Source: Psammoneis japonica (taxonomy: Eukaryota). Taken from it: a stretch of 64,000 nucleotides of DNA. The stretch is taken from positions 1 through 64,000 of the forward strand of contig QPGO01000007.1 in assembly GCA_008632985.1 (NCBI GenBank), in the 5' to 3' direction. A program made the translations under genes and the position numbers. The notes below the pieces were generated by a model. The model was not told the DNA's origin. It saw only the letters and a program-made list of their open reading frames with translations, and ran no database searches. Shown piece by piece: positions 10,591 to 20,620 of the stretch; positions within the stretch are counted from its first letter, which is position 1, and the number at the start of each line of letters is the position of its first letter.

Positions 10591-11572
10591 ATGTTATTTG
10601 CCTTCATCATGCTTTCCGTCCTCCCACCCTCCACCTCCTTTACTTTCTTATTTCATGCAACTTTTCCCTCACTGAATGGCGGCTTTACTCCCAGCCGGAG
10701 TCCTTTTCAACGTTGTCTTTGCATATCTTACACTTCCAGTAGCAAGAGCGAAGTGGAACCGTCCAGCATGAAGCTACGAGAAATACAAGCGGAATTAAAA
10801 GAAAAGAACGTTCGATTTGACGATTGTTTTGATCGAGAGAGTCTGACAAAGAGGCTGCTGGAAGCTCGAGATGGGACAATACCACCACCACAACAAGAAG
10901 AAGAAACAAATGTTTCTGAAAAGCAAGAGGTAGACGACACTGCCGTACCACCGCCCCCCGCTTCCGATTTTGACCGCGACGCAACCCTGGCGGAACTGAG
11001 ATCACTTCGAGTCAAGGAATTGCGGACAGAGTGTGCAAGACGAAATATTCGGTGGGCGCAAATGATTGAAAAAGAAGAGTTGGTACAAGCATTGCTGGCG
11101 GCGCGAGAAAAGGCTGGAAACTTCTCGGCCAGTGGAGCGCTTTCACCAGGAAAGGTATCTGACATTAACGACGACCAACTATCTGCTGAATTAGAAGCGG
11201 GTGGGTCCAATACTCCTCTGTTACTTGATGTGTATGCCGTAAGTAGAGGTACCGAATGAGTTTCCTAAGCAAGTTCGTTCTGATTTCGCCATTCTCAACT
11301 TTTTTCAACGGTCTTTTCTAATATCCTAGACATGGTGCGGGCCCTGTCAAATGATGTCCCCGCAATTGGAAGCAGCAGCAGCGGAATTAGGTGACTTGGC
11401 AAGAGTCGCCAAGATTGATTCGGACAAGTACCCGACGTGGGCGAGTCAGTTGCGAGTAGGTGGACTTCCGACAGTCATTGTATTTGACGGTATATCTGGA
11501 AAGGAAGTGGAACGAGTTGAAGGAGCGCTTATGAAGGATGGACTGGTTGAGTTGGTTAGAAAGCACTTGTAG
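10591..11572 (+). CDS. Thioredoxin-domain protein with N-terminal SAP/HeH-like helical repeats; probably plastid-targeted
   Basis: Intron 11239-11329 (GTAAGT...TAG) joins LLLDVYA to TWCGPC. The N-terminus resembles a bipartite signal peptide (MLFAFIMLSVLPPSTSF). Confidence 0.85.
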
Positions 11573-11764
11573 TATGATTGGTGGATCCTTCGTTAATGAT
11601 GAATTTTGATAAAGACAGCATGCCTTCTTCCTATCTTTTTTGGCACATTTCTCGAGTGCATCAGTTTAGATGAGTTGTTCCGGAGGAGAGTGACGCAACC
11701 GCGCCACTTCCAACTTGGATGGTATAGGTTGCGACTACCCAAGTGAGGAAGAGGACGAAGTTGA

Positions 11765-13025
11765 CTCAGAATACTGTACACTACCTAACGAGTGCGGGAG
11801 GTTCTCAACAACCCAAGAGGCAAAGAAATTACCACTCGGCTAATTGTTGAGTCCCTTCTCCGCACACACATTTAGGCATGTGTTGTGCACAGCATCATCA
11901 CACAGCATTTGTCCAACTCTCCCTCTCGTCGCAGGATGGGGTGTCGCCTTGGGGTGCATCCGCACGGCGGACTTACGAATTTGACCATGCACTCCCTCTG
12001 ACGGGCAGGATGGGTAGCGCCATGTGGCGCATCCGGCCAAGGGAGGAGTGGGTTCGAAGCCCAACCGCCCACCCCGGATGGGGTTGGAAAGGGGCAGGCC
12101 GAGAAAGAAAAGGAGGCTTGGATTTGAGGCCGACTCGAACCAGCGACCTCAGGAAGCGTAAAGACTCACAACCACTCAGAATGCTGTACACTGCCTGACG
12201 AGCACGGGAGGTTCTCAACAACCCAAGAGGCAAAGAAATCACCACTCGGCCAATTGTTGAGTCCCTTCTCCGCACACACATTTGGGCATGTGTTGTGCAC
12301 AGCATCATCACACAGCATTCATCCAACTCTCCCTCTCATCGCAGGATGGGGTGTCGCCTTGGGGCGCATCCGCACGGCGGACTTACGAATTTGACCATGC
12401 ACTCCCTCTGATGGGCAGGATGGGCAGCGCCATGTGGCGCATCCGGCCAAGGGAGGAGTGGGTTCGAAGCCCAACCGCCCACCCCGGATGGGGTTGGAAA
12501 GGGGCAGGCCGAGAAAGAAAAGGAGGCTTGGATTTGAGGCCGACTCGAACCAGCGACCTCAGGAAGCGTAAAGACTCACAACCACTCAGAGTGCTGTGCA
12601 CTGCCCAACGAGTGCGGGAGGTTTTCAACAACCCAAGAGGCAAAGAAATTGCCACTCGGCTAATTGTTGAGTCCCTTCTCCGCACACACATTTGGGCATG
12701 TGTTGTGCACAGCATCATCACACAGCATCATTTGTCCAACTCTCCCTCTCTTCGCAGGATGGGGTGTCACCTTGGGGCGCATCCGCACGGCAGACTTGCG
12801 AATTTGACCATGCACTCCCTCTGATGGGCAGGATGGGTGGTGCCATGTGGCGCATCCGGCCAAGGGAGGAGTGGGTTCGAAGCCCAACCGCCCACCCCGG
12901 ATGGGGTTGGAAAGGGGCAGGCCGAGAAAGAAAAGGAGGCTTGGATTTGAGGCCGACTCGAACCAGCGACCTCAGGAAGCGTAAAGACTCATAACCACTC
13001 AGAACACTGTACACTGCCTAACGAG
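11765..13025. repeat. Tandem array of a ~410-bp unit (3 full copies plus the start of a 4th), running into an assembly gap
   Basis: The ctcaga...ctgt.cact.cc..acgag unit start recurs at ~11765, 12175, 12585 and 12998. Confidence 0.95.
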
Positions 13026-13523
13026 NNNNNNNNNNNNNNNNNNNNNNNNNNNNNNNNNNNNNNNNNNNNNNNNNNNNNNNNNNNNNNNNNNNNNNNNNNN
13101 NNNNNNNNNNNNNNNNNNNNNNNNNNNNNNNNNNNNNNNNNNNNNNNNNNNNNNNNNNNNNNNNNNNNNNNNNNNNNNNNNNNNNNNNNNNNNNNNNNNN
13201 NNNNNNNNNNNNNNNNNNNNNNNNNNNNNNNNNNNNNNNNNNNNNNNNNNNNNNNNNNNNNNNNNNNNNNNNNNNNNNNNNNNNNNNNNNNNNNNNNNNN
13301 NNNNNNNNNNNNNNNNNNNNNNNNNNNNNNNNNNNNNNNNNNNNNNNNNNNNNNNNNNNNNNNNNNNNNNNNNNNNNNNNNNNNNNNNNNNNNNNNNNNN
13401 NNNNNNNNNNNNNNNNNNNNNNNNNNNNNNNNNNNNNNNNNNNNNNNNNNNNNNNNNNNNNNNNNNNNNNNNNNNNNNNNNNNNNNNNNNNNNNNNNNNN
13501 NNNNNNNNNNNNNNNNNNNNNNN
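13026..13523. other. Assembly gap (N run)
   Basis: Run of n characters. Confidence 1.
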
Positions 13524-13760
13524 TGAGTGCAGTACGGAAGTTTGGTGCATATTTCCGAATAAATATATCCAGGTACGAAGGTTCTGTTTTGCCATCTGCT
13601 TAGTCAGTTTGGCCCCAGCTCAACGGGCACACGTCCCGAATTCCGAGCGTGATGGATTTGTTCGCTCAGTTGAGTACCAGAGTCAACGTAGAATTCTACT
13701 CAGCGCCAAAAACAACGATTTTTCAAAACACACACAACAACAGGAACAAGGATTGCGACA

Positions 13761-14566
13761 ATGACGAACCTCCCACCTCAAATCGAAACGGCCATCAAGA
13801 AGACCGATGAGTTCATGGCCAAGTACCCGACTCTTACACAGTATGGTATGTTTCTTTGATCGGCGCACTTGGAAAGAGACGCAGAAACTACGGTTGACTG
13901 CGGGCTTCTCCTGGGAATGTACCGCTACGTAGATCAAGTACCAAGTTCTACGCATCACCGGCTTGAGTATCTTTGCAATCGTGCCGGAAGCGATACTGTC
14001 TGAATCTTGTTGATCAAAGAGTGCAGAGGTTGCCGTCGCGTTCTTTGGTCGTATTGAATAGTGGATTGTGATGTGTAGAGTGTTCGTTTTCAATTTCCTG
14101 AATCAAATACTACGTGATGTCTCACCGTTATTCTTGCTGCGTGATGTGTACAGAGAAGCTGAAAGAAGTCGAGGAGAAGACTGGTCATTCCAAGGTCTTT
14201 TTCTTTATTGGCGGATCCGTTATTATCACATTCGTTCTCTACATTACGGGAGGCGCAAAGCTCATTTCGGACCTGGTTTCTTTTGTCTATCCCGCTTACA
14301 TGTCCTTCAAGGCGATTGATACGGCCGCAAACTCGGAGCAGTGCACACAGTGGCTCACTTATTGGGTAGTCTTTTCGTTTATCTCACTCATTGAGCAATG
14401 CGCCTGGTTTATTACCGCATTCATCCCCTTTTACTTTTTCGTCAAGCTGGCTTTCTTCATTTGGCTCTACCATCCCAAATTCATGGGGGCGGCTGTCATT
14501 TACAGCCAGGCCATCAAGCCACTTGTGACGCCGTACTTGAAAGTCACACAAAAGAAGGCTGCGTAA
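13761..14566 (+). CDS. TB2/DP1/HVA22 (YOP1/REEP) family ER-shaping protein, two exons
   Basis: Exon 13761-13845 and intron 13846-14153 (GT..CAG); FVYPAYMSFKAID, QWLTYWVVFS, PFYFFVKLAFFIWLYHP, GAAVIY. Confidence 0.9.
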
Positions 14567-14726
14567 AGCTTGACGGACTTGGCTTGTGAAATATTCGCAA
14601 GGCCGCGTCACGATGGAGTCTCAAGGAGATCAAATTCATTCTCTAGAGAGAGGTGTTTCTTGACTGTTGGTTTTGACGAACATACATAATTTGCACTTTC
14701 AGAAGATCATAACTTTCAGTACAGTT

Positions 14727-16214
14727 TCATTCCTTTATACTTAGACGATGCGCCTTGCTTGATTCAACACTGATGTAGTCGGAATCCAGCTTCCACCCTT
14801 GCGACTGTAGGCCGCTTTCAAATTCAGAAAAGAGAGTCTCCAATTCTTGGTGTGCGACATGAATTGCATCGGCGCCGTGGTTGCCGGCATACGAACGCAG
14901 CAGATAGGCATGCAGCATGCCTCGAAGCAAACTATCCCCAGACGCGTCATTGAAAAAGACAAGGTGTATCGTATCGTTGACATGGTTCACAAGATATCTC
15001 TCGTCGCGACACGAGACCAAGAGTTGCTCGAGTTGTCGTGGTCCTCCAGGGCATACCTTGTCGAGACTAGCGCCAATAACTAGCCACTTGTACGAGTCAT
15101 CTGGACGCATCATTGGGAGAAACAATTCTTCTTCCGCGACACGTGCAGGAGACAATATTTTCCGGTCTTGTTCGTCTCTGCTAAGAAAGGTTGACAGGAG
15201 AATGTGCAGGCGATGTCGATTCAGGCTTGTCAACGATACGTTCCTGAGGCTAGCATAATTACAACTGAGATGAAGAGAGCTCAGGACTGCAAAGCCCAAA
15301 GCATAATTTGGAACGCTTTCCAGGACAGGCGAGATCCCAATTCCAATCGCTGTCCCCACCAAGGACGCTGCAAGACTCTGAGACCCAGCCTTTGCAGTGA
15401 CATCCGCCAAGTTTCCAGAGACGGCTAGCGATTGATGAAGCGCGGCTCTGCTTGCGCTCGCCGTCAAGAATCCAACATTCTTGCCAATGTTGGCAACGCT
15501 AGCAACAGGTAATACCAAGTACGATGGTACCATTGGCGACAAGATTTCAATAAGGGTGGCACAGTCTAGTGACAGAGCAGCAACCATTCGCCATCGTTTA
15601 GGATCCGCATCGAATCGAGCGCTACCCGCTTTGCCCATGTGCGATGCAAACAAGACTCCACCGAGCTGACCAATTCCATCCTTCAATACCCAATTGAGTG
15701 CTCCCGCCATGATGGAAGCTTTTTGTGCGGAGCCAACGACACCTACCGCCAATAACAATGTCTGAGTCGACAGCACCATTGCTGCGCTTCCGCAGACGGA
15801 AGCGCAAAAGCCATAAATCACGAATCGATCGTATCCAGCTGCAACACTGTTGGGATAGCCCGCTGGTAAGAAATGCGCAACAACGTTTTCCTTGACGAAT
15901 ACGGAGATTTCCTCTGAAGGCGACCTTGTCGAATTCTTTTCTAGAGATCCTTCAGGTAATGCGGTTTTCGAAACAGATTTTCTCCATGAAGAACGAGATT
16001 CATCCGACACGTACAACGTTGCAATCTTTCGGTTCACTCCTTGACTGCTTGAAGCTGGAAACTCCCAAACCTCTGTCGGTTTTCGAACAGCGCTATTGGA
16101 AGACTGTGCCCTGATCGCATGCCGAAACAATCGTGCTCTAAATCTACAATGACGCGGACACATCAAAGGCACAAATTTCTGACCGCAATAACCAATTCCA
16201 CAGTTGATCCACAT
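14727..16214 (-). CDS. RUS1 / DUF647 family protein
   Basis: FLPAGYPNSV, STQTLLLAVGV, ALNWVLKDGIGQLGG, FDADPKRWR, NLADVTAK, LNRHR motifs. Confidence 0.9.
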   Translation of the reverse strand: MWINCGIGYCGQKFVPLMCPRHCRFRARLFRHAIRAQSSNSAVRKPTEVWEFPASSSQGVNRKIATLYVSDESRSSWRKSVSKTALPEGSLEKNSTRSPSEEISVFVKENVVAHFLPAGYPNSVAAGYDRFVIYGFCASVCGSAAMVLSTQTLLLAVGVVGSAQKASIMAGALNWVLKDGIGQLGGVLFASHMGKAGSARFDADPKRWRMVAALSLDCATLIEILSPMVPSYLVLPVASVANIGKNVGFLTASASRAALHQSLAVSGNLADVTAKAGSQSLAASLVGTAIGIGISPVLESVPNYALGFAVLSSLHLSCNYASLRNVSLTSLNRHRLHILLSTFLSRDEQDRKILSPARVAEEELFLPMMRPDDSYKWLVIGASLDKVCPGGPRQLEQLLVSCRDERYLVNHVNDTIHLVFFNDASGDSLLRGMLHAYLLRSYAGNHGADAIHVAHQELETLFSEFESGLQSQGWKLDSDYISVESSKAHRLSIKE

Positions 16215-16761
16215 TTTACAGATCTTTGGATCTAGCTTGATGATTCTTCAAATAGACATCATCAAGCATGTGTTTCATGTCCATGAAGTCGGGATGAGTG
16301 ATGCGTGACGCCACCAGCCACCAGCATTGATTGCTTGTGTGCATATTTCGCCTGCGCCACGTACGTTCCGGTCGTATCCGCGACCAGATGACACGTCATC
16401 TATTTGAACAACTTTCAACGGAAAATATTCTATTTTAATACATAGGGCCACGATACATTCAACATATTCAGAATATTTCAAAATATATGCCAGCTTCGTT
16501 TTAAATAACTCCACCACACGCACCACCAAAAATTGCATCTTCAAGCTGGAACGCACACACGCAATTCTCACGCCTTGTTTTCGCGTCGTTCCGGTTCGCA
16601 AATTGATGATGCGATGACTTCCATTTTCTGTGCTGTTTTAGGGTAAAAGCAAAGGAAAGAATTGAACATCTGTTATACTCGCACACTATATCGTACTTTT
16701 GAGTGGTATATAAGGAGAATCTTTCGGTCGTTGAATAGGAACAACAAGTGATCAAGACAAA

Positions 16762-18921
16762 ATGAAGGGGGGCTCTCGTGCGACTGTTGATCGTGCAAAC
16801 TATCAATCGAACTCGCGTTCTGTTTCTGGTCGAAACAACGCTGACGATGGCATACAAGAACTTCACTCTCCATCACTTCATCACTATCATCGAAGCTCCG
16901 CTCGCTCTGGTGGGAGATTCGGCGAACGCGAAGATGACGTTAGACCCTCACCCCATGCTGCCTCTGCGAGACGGGTAATACATGATACAGATGAAACTAT
17001 GGACGACTTAGTCGCAGAGAAAATGAACATGCTAAACCGGAACGAGCGGCGATCCTCAAGTCGTCAAGGAATGGAGACAATGGACGATCTCGTGGCAGAG
17101 AAAATGGATATGATGCACAATTCGGGTACAAATGAACGAGGAGATCCCAAAAAGTTTGACATGGGTAACGATTCGAGAACAAGCATGCAAAAGACACATG
17201 TGTCCGCTCCGTTACATGCCATCACAAGTGACGTTGTCCATACGTCCGGAACGATGCAAGCACATGGTAGTGGCGGTGGCTCCATGATGGACAACCCGGA
17301 CGAAACAAAGAAGAGACGATTCCATAGCGCCGGCGGCACCAATCGTTCTTCGACCATGAGTGAGCGCGACGATGCTGCTAGGGAGAAACAAGGCCCTCGA
17401 ATGGCAGTCACCAACAGAGACATGGATTACGATGAGGAGGAAGGCACAATAGGAGATGACCCGCAACGCACTGGCGCTTATTTCATTAGCGGTACAGGTG
17501 ATGTTGTCACTCGTCAACGTGGTGTTCTAACGTCCCAACCTAGTGAGAACGACCACACAGTGGCGACCAAAAGAGCGCCCACAGCGGAAGTGACGCCTTT
17601 GGATAGCTCCAACGCATCAAAGAGTACTGCAGATGGAAAAGATGTGCCGTGGTACTGCAGTCGAAAGTTTAAATTGATTGCACTGATTGCGCTCATTGTT
17701 GGTGGTGCAGTTGGTGCTGCCGTTGGAATCACGTCGGGTGGCGGTGGTGGAGTCGACGAAGACGATGGAAACGGCGACCCTCCGGTGGATCCAGTTGATC
17801 CCGAAGAATCTGCTCTCGAAATAAGAAGAACGGCCATTCGCGCGTCCCTTCTTCCGGTATCTGGCGCAGATGCGCTTGATGATCAAGGCTCTCCCCAGAA
17901 CCTGGCCATGAATTGGCTTGTTTACAACGACACCTTAACTCCAGTGGGAAAGGATATCAGCGAGGAAGACTTGAGCAAGTTGATTCGACGATATTCACTC
18001 GCTGTGGTGTATTTTGCTACTGGGGGAGAGTCGTGGTTTAGAACCGACAACTGGTTGAATGTCGTTGAGGAGGAGTGCGAATGGGAGCACATGTCGTGTG
18101 AAGCCGGTGAAATAGTGTCATTTGATACGGGCACCATAGATAACAATGTGGCAGGAGCTATACCTCCAGAGATAGGGCAGCTCTCGTTTCTGCGTCAGTT
18201 GCTGTTGCCCAACAATCAGGTTTCTAGCTTGCCGTCCGAGATGGGGGATCTCAACAACTTGACCTCGTTAGATCTAAAGTTCAACGCCTTGGAAGGTCCC
18301 TTCCCTTCTGTGATCTACGAGTTGACATCACTAACAAAGCTCATTTTGGATGAGAATGGCCTTAACGGAACGATTTCAACGGCGATTGCTGCTCTTTCGG
18401 ACCTTGATTTCCTTTCTCTCCCTAGAAATAGTCTCACGGGAGTGTTGACTGTCGAGTTTCAGTCCCTCTCGGCTCTCACTACGCTGAACATTTTCAAAAA
18501 CTCATTTCAGGGCTCGATAAACGAAGTGTTTCGGGGTTTGACCAACCTAGACTTGTTACGAGCCGACAGTAACGAGTTGTCTGGTACCATATCAACAGAA
18601 ATCGGCTTTTTTACGAATTTAGGCGAGTTGAATCTTGGTGATAACAGAATTGAAAACTCGACGATACCGACGGAAATAGGAGAGCTTACAAAGTTGGTTG
18701 GTCTATTTTTGTTTCGAAACAACATTGTTGGTACAATCCCATCCGAGATGGGGAGGTTAAGAAGGCTTCAGACTCTGTTCATTGAGAATACAAACCTTGT
18801 GGGCTCCATTCCCTCAGAGTTATGCACTGTGTTTGAAACAGTTCCCGATTTCCAGTTGCGACTTTTCCCTTGCACTGTCGAGTGCAATTGCAGCGTCTGC
18901 GATCCGGAGTGCCAAGCATGA
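16762..18921 (+). CDS. Single-TM leucine-rich-repeat receptor-like protein (paralog 1)
   Basis: Disordered N-terminus, TM segment (LIALIALIVGGAVGAAVGI), SPQNLAMNWL / RYSLAVVYFATGG cap, plant-type LRRs (GTIPSEMGRL), C-terminal CxCxxC. Confidence 0.9.
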   Translation: MKGGSRATVDRANYQSNSRSVSGRNNADDGIQELHSPSLHHYHRSSARSGGRFGEREDDVRPSPHAASARRVIHDTDETMDDLVAEKMNMLNRNERRSSSRQGMETMDDLVAEKMDMMHNSGTNERGDPKKFDMGNDSRTSMQKTHVSAPLHAITSDVVHTSGTMQAHGSGGGSMMDNPDETKKRRFHSAGGTNRSSTMSERDDAAREKQGPRMAVTNRDMDYDEEEGTIGDDPQRTGAYFISGTGDVVTRQRGVLTSQPSENDHTVATKRAPTAEVTPLDSSNASKSTADGKDVPWYCSRKFKLIALIALIVGGAVGAAVGITSGGGGGVDEDDGNGDPPVDPVDPEESALEIRRTAIRASLLPVSGADALDDQGSPQNLAMNWLVYNDTLTPVGKDISEEDLSKLIRRYSLAVVYFATGGESWFRTDNWLNVVEEECEWEHMSCEAGEIVSFDTGTIDNNVAGAIPPEIGQLSFLRQLLLPNNQVSSLPSEMGDLNNLTSLDLKFNALEGPFPSVIYELTSLTKLILDENGLNGTISTAIAALSDLDFLSLPRNSLTGVLTVEFQSLSALTTLNIFKNSFQGSINEVFRGLTNLDLLRADSNELSGTISTEIGFFTNLGELNLGDNRIENSTIPTEIGELTKLVGLFLFRNNIVGTIPSEMGRLRRLQTLFIENTNLVGSIPSELCTVFETVPDFQLRLFPCTVECNCSVCDPECQA

Positions 18922-19445
18922 GTTTGCACGAGGAAGGACGGAGTTGTATGTATATGTTATTTGAAAGTTTTCGGATGAATTGATCAGTTCATACTGTACA
19001 CCTTTACTTGCTCCATGAACTTTTAAATAACGTGGATGTGAGAAAAGGGATGTGCCGGAGGCGTGCTGTCTCGGTTGTCCGCTACCGTAACTTCGGAAGC
19101 GACGTGCGGACGCAACCACTTTTCTGTTAACCTTAAAAACAGTACAGTATTTCATAAAGTAGTATTTTCTTTTGATGTCAATCCTCTTTTCCAGGTACTG
19201 CTCATTAATTGTACTGTAGGCTACACTAATCTACGGCGTGCTGTGTACTTGAAAGGATTCATTTTGGTGCAACGTTGTGTCTGAAATATGAAAGGGTTCG
19301 CCACAACAGGCGTTTCATTCACCAATATTCCAAAATACAAATAGATGTAGCCATTCTTGTCTATAAAACACGAGAATGAACCATAGTTACAGCTTACTAT
19401 GCTCTCTAGTAAAGAGCGTACTCATTTGGCAACTCGCGTCACGCA

Positions 19446-19946
19446 TCATAACGACTTGACGTCTTCGCCAACATGATCGTTGTTGCCCATAATATACAGA
19501 GGAGTAGCGATCAACGTCACGAATGGTACATTGAACGCAGCATGTTCCACTTCATCCGTCAGTAAACTAAAGCCCGTATCCAAGACAAACCATACTGCTG
19601 TGGAGGTTGCCAGTGCTCGACGCGCCAGGGCTCGAATCGAACCGTCGTTGCTTGCGGCAAGGCGAACCACAAACCACATTAAAGCCATCCAACCCACAAT
19701 GATGGACCCCAGTACTCCAAACGCAAATATAGCATAATCGACTCCGTCTGGGTCGAGATTGTGCGTGTTGGGGCCGAAACGAAGTGCATCAAACAGCGTC
19801 ATGGCAAAGACGCGGCCCGATAGCACCATTCCAAGCCCATAGACCGTAACAACCGCGATTACGGCGCGGAGAAAGGCGTGTGCTCTTAGATACTGGCGTG
19901 ATGGTGAAGATTGTTTGGGTGGCATTGTATATCCTATACCTAGCAT
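19446..19946 (-). CDS. Small multi-pass membrane protein of unknown function
   Basis: Intact 166-aa ORF with about four hydrophobic helices; a mutated paralog lies at 33490-34030. Confidence 0.75.
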   Translation of the reverse strand: MLGIGYTMPPKQSSPSRQYLRAHAFLRAVIAVVTVYGLGMVLSGRVFAMTLFDALRFGPNTHNLDPDGVDYAIFAFGVLGSIIVGWMALMWFVVRLAASNDGSIRALARRALATSTAVWFVLDTGFSLLTDEVEHAAFNVPFVTLIATPLYIMGNNDHVGEDVKSL

Positions 19947-20620
19947 GTGAGATGCCTACTGCATGGAATAGGGAGGGTTCATCGTCATCGTGCCTGCTCG
20001 GTTATTGCTCCTCTATGTTGTGTTGGTCCTCGCGTTGGAACTTCTTCGAATTCGAACGGTTGGATGGACGGACGGCTCTATGATTACCGTTCAATGAATT
20101 TTCCTCAGCTCTGTAGTTCAAAAAAGAAACTTGCACTTGTCGCTTGTCGCAGTCTGAGCGAGATCTGAGATCTTGCCTTTGTTGACCTTGCACCGCTGCT
20201 GGTAAAGCACTTTGCAAGCTACAGTATCGCAACCGGAACAACTATTCCATACGCCATCGCTGCATGATGCATGAGAGACCACAAACTGGCACGGTAGAGA
20301 GCATAGGGTATCTAGGGTATCCAATCTAAGGGGCGTGAGCATCGGTTGCCAATTACCAAAGTTATGGCTTAGGTTTGTTGACTACAGGAGGCTACACCAC
20401 CTTTGTCGGTGGAAGTGTCGGTGTGTTTGTAAATGTTCGATATTCTAACATTTAGAAGTTAGAAAAAGAGCCAGAGACAAAATCGCGAACGGCAATGCAT
20501 CTCTTCGTGCCTGAAGCCTGCCTCAAATTAACTCCAACACCGCAGCTCATGATGACAGCCGTCGTTACGAATAACCAGCTGAATTGCTCTTCGTAAATCG
20601 CAGTTCATGATGCCAAATCT

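Noticed and set aside
11765..13025. CRISPR array or functional tRNA/5S gene cluster
   Set aside because: Units are whole ~410-bp near-identical repeats with no unique spacers; no complete cloverleaf or 5S sequence is recognisable.
12999..13595. 198-aa ORF in the track
   Set aside because: Artefact of translating through the N gap.
13846..14153. Possible intronic C/D snoRNA in the long YOP1/REEP intron
   Set aside because: Only imperfect GTGATG and CTGA motifs; no canonical C box, terminal stem or recognisable rRNA guide.
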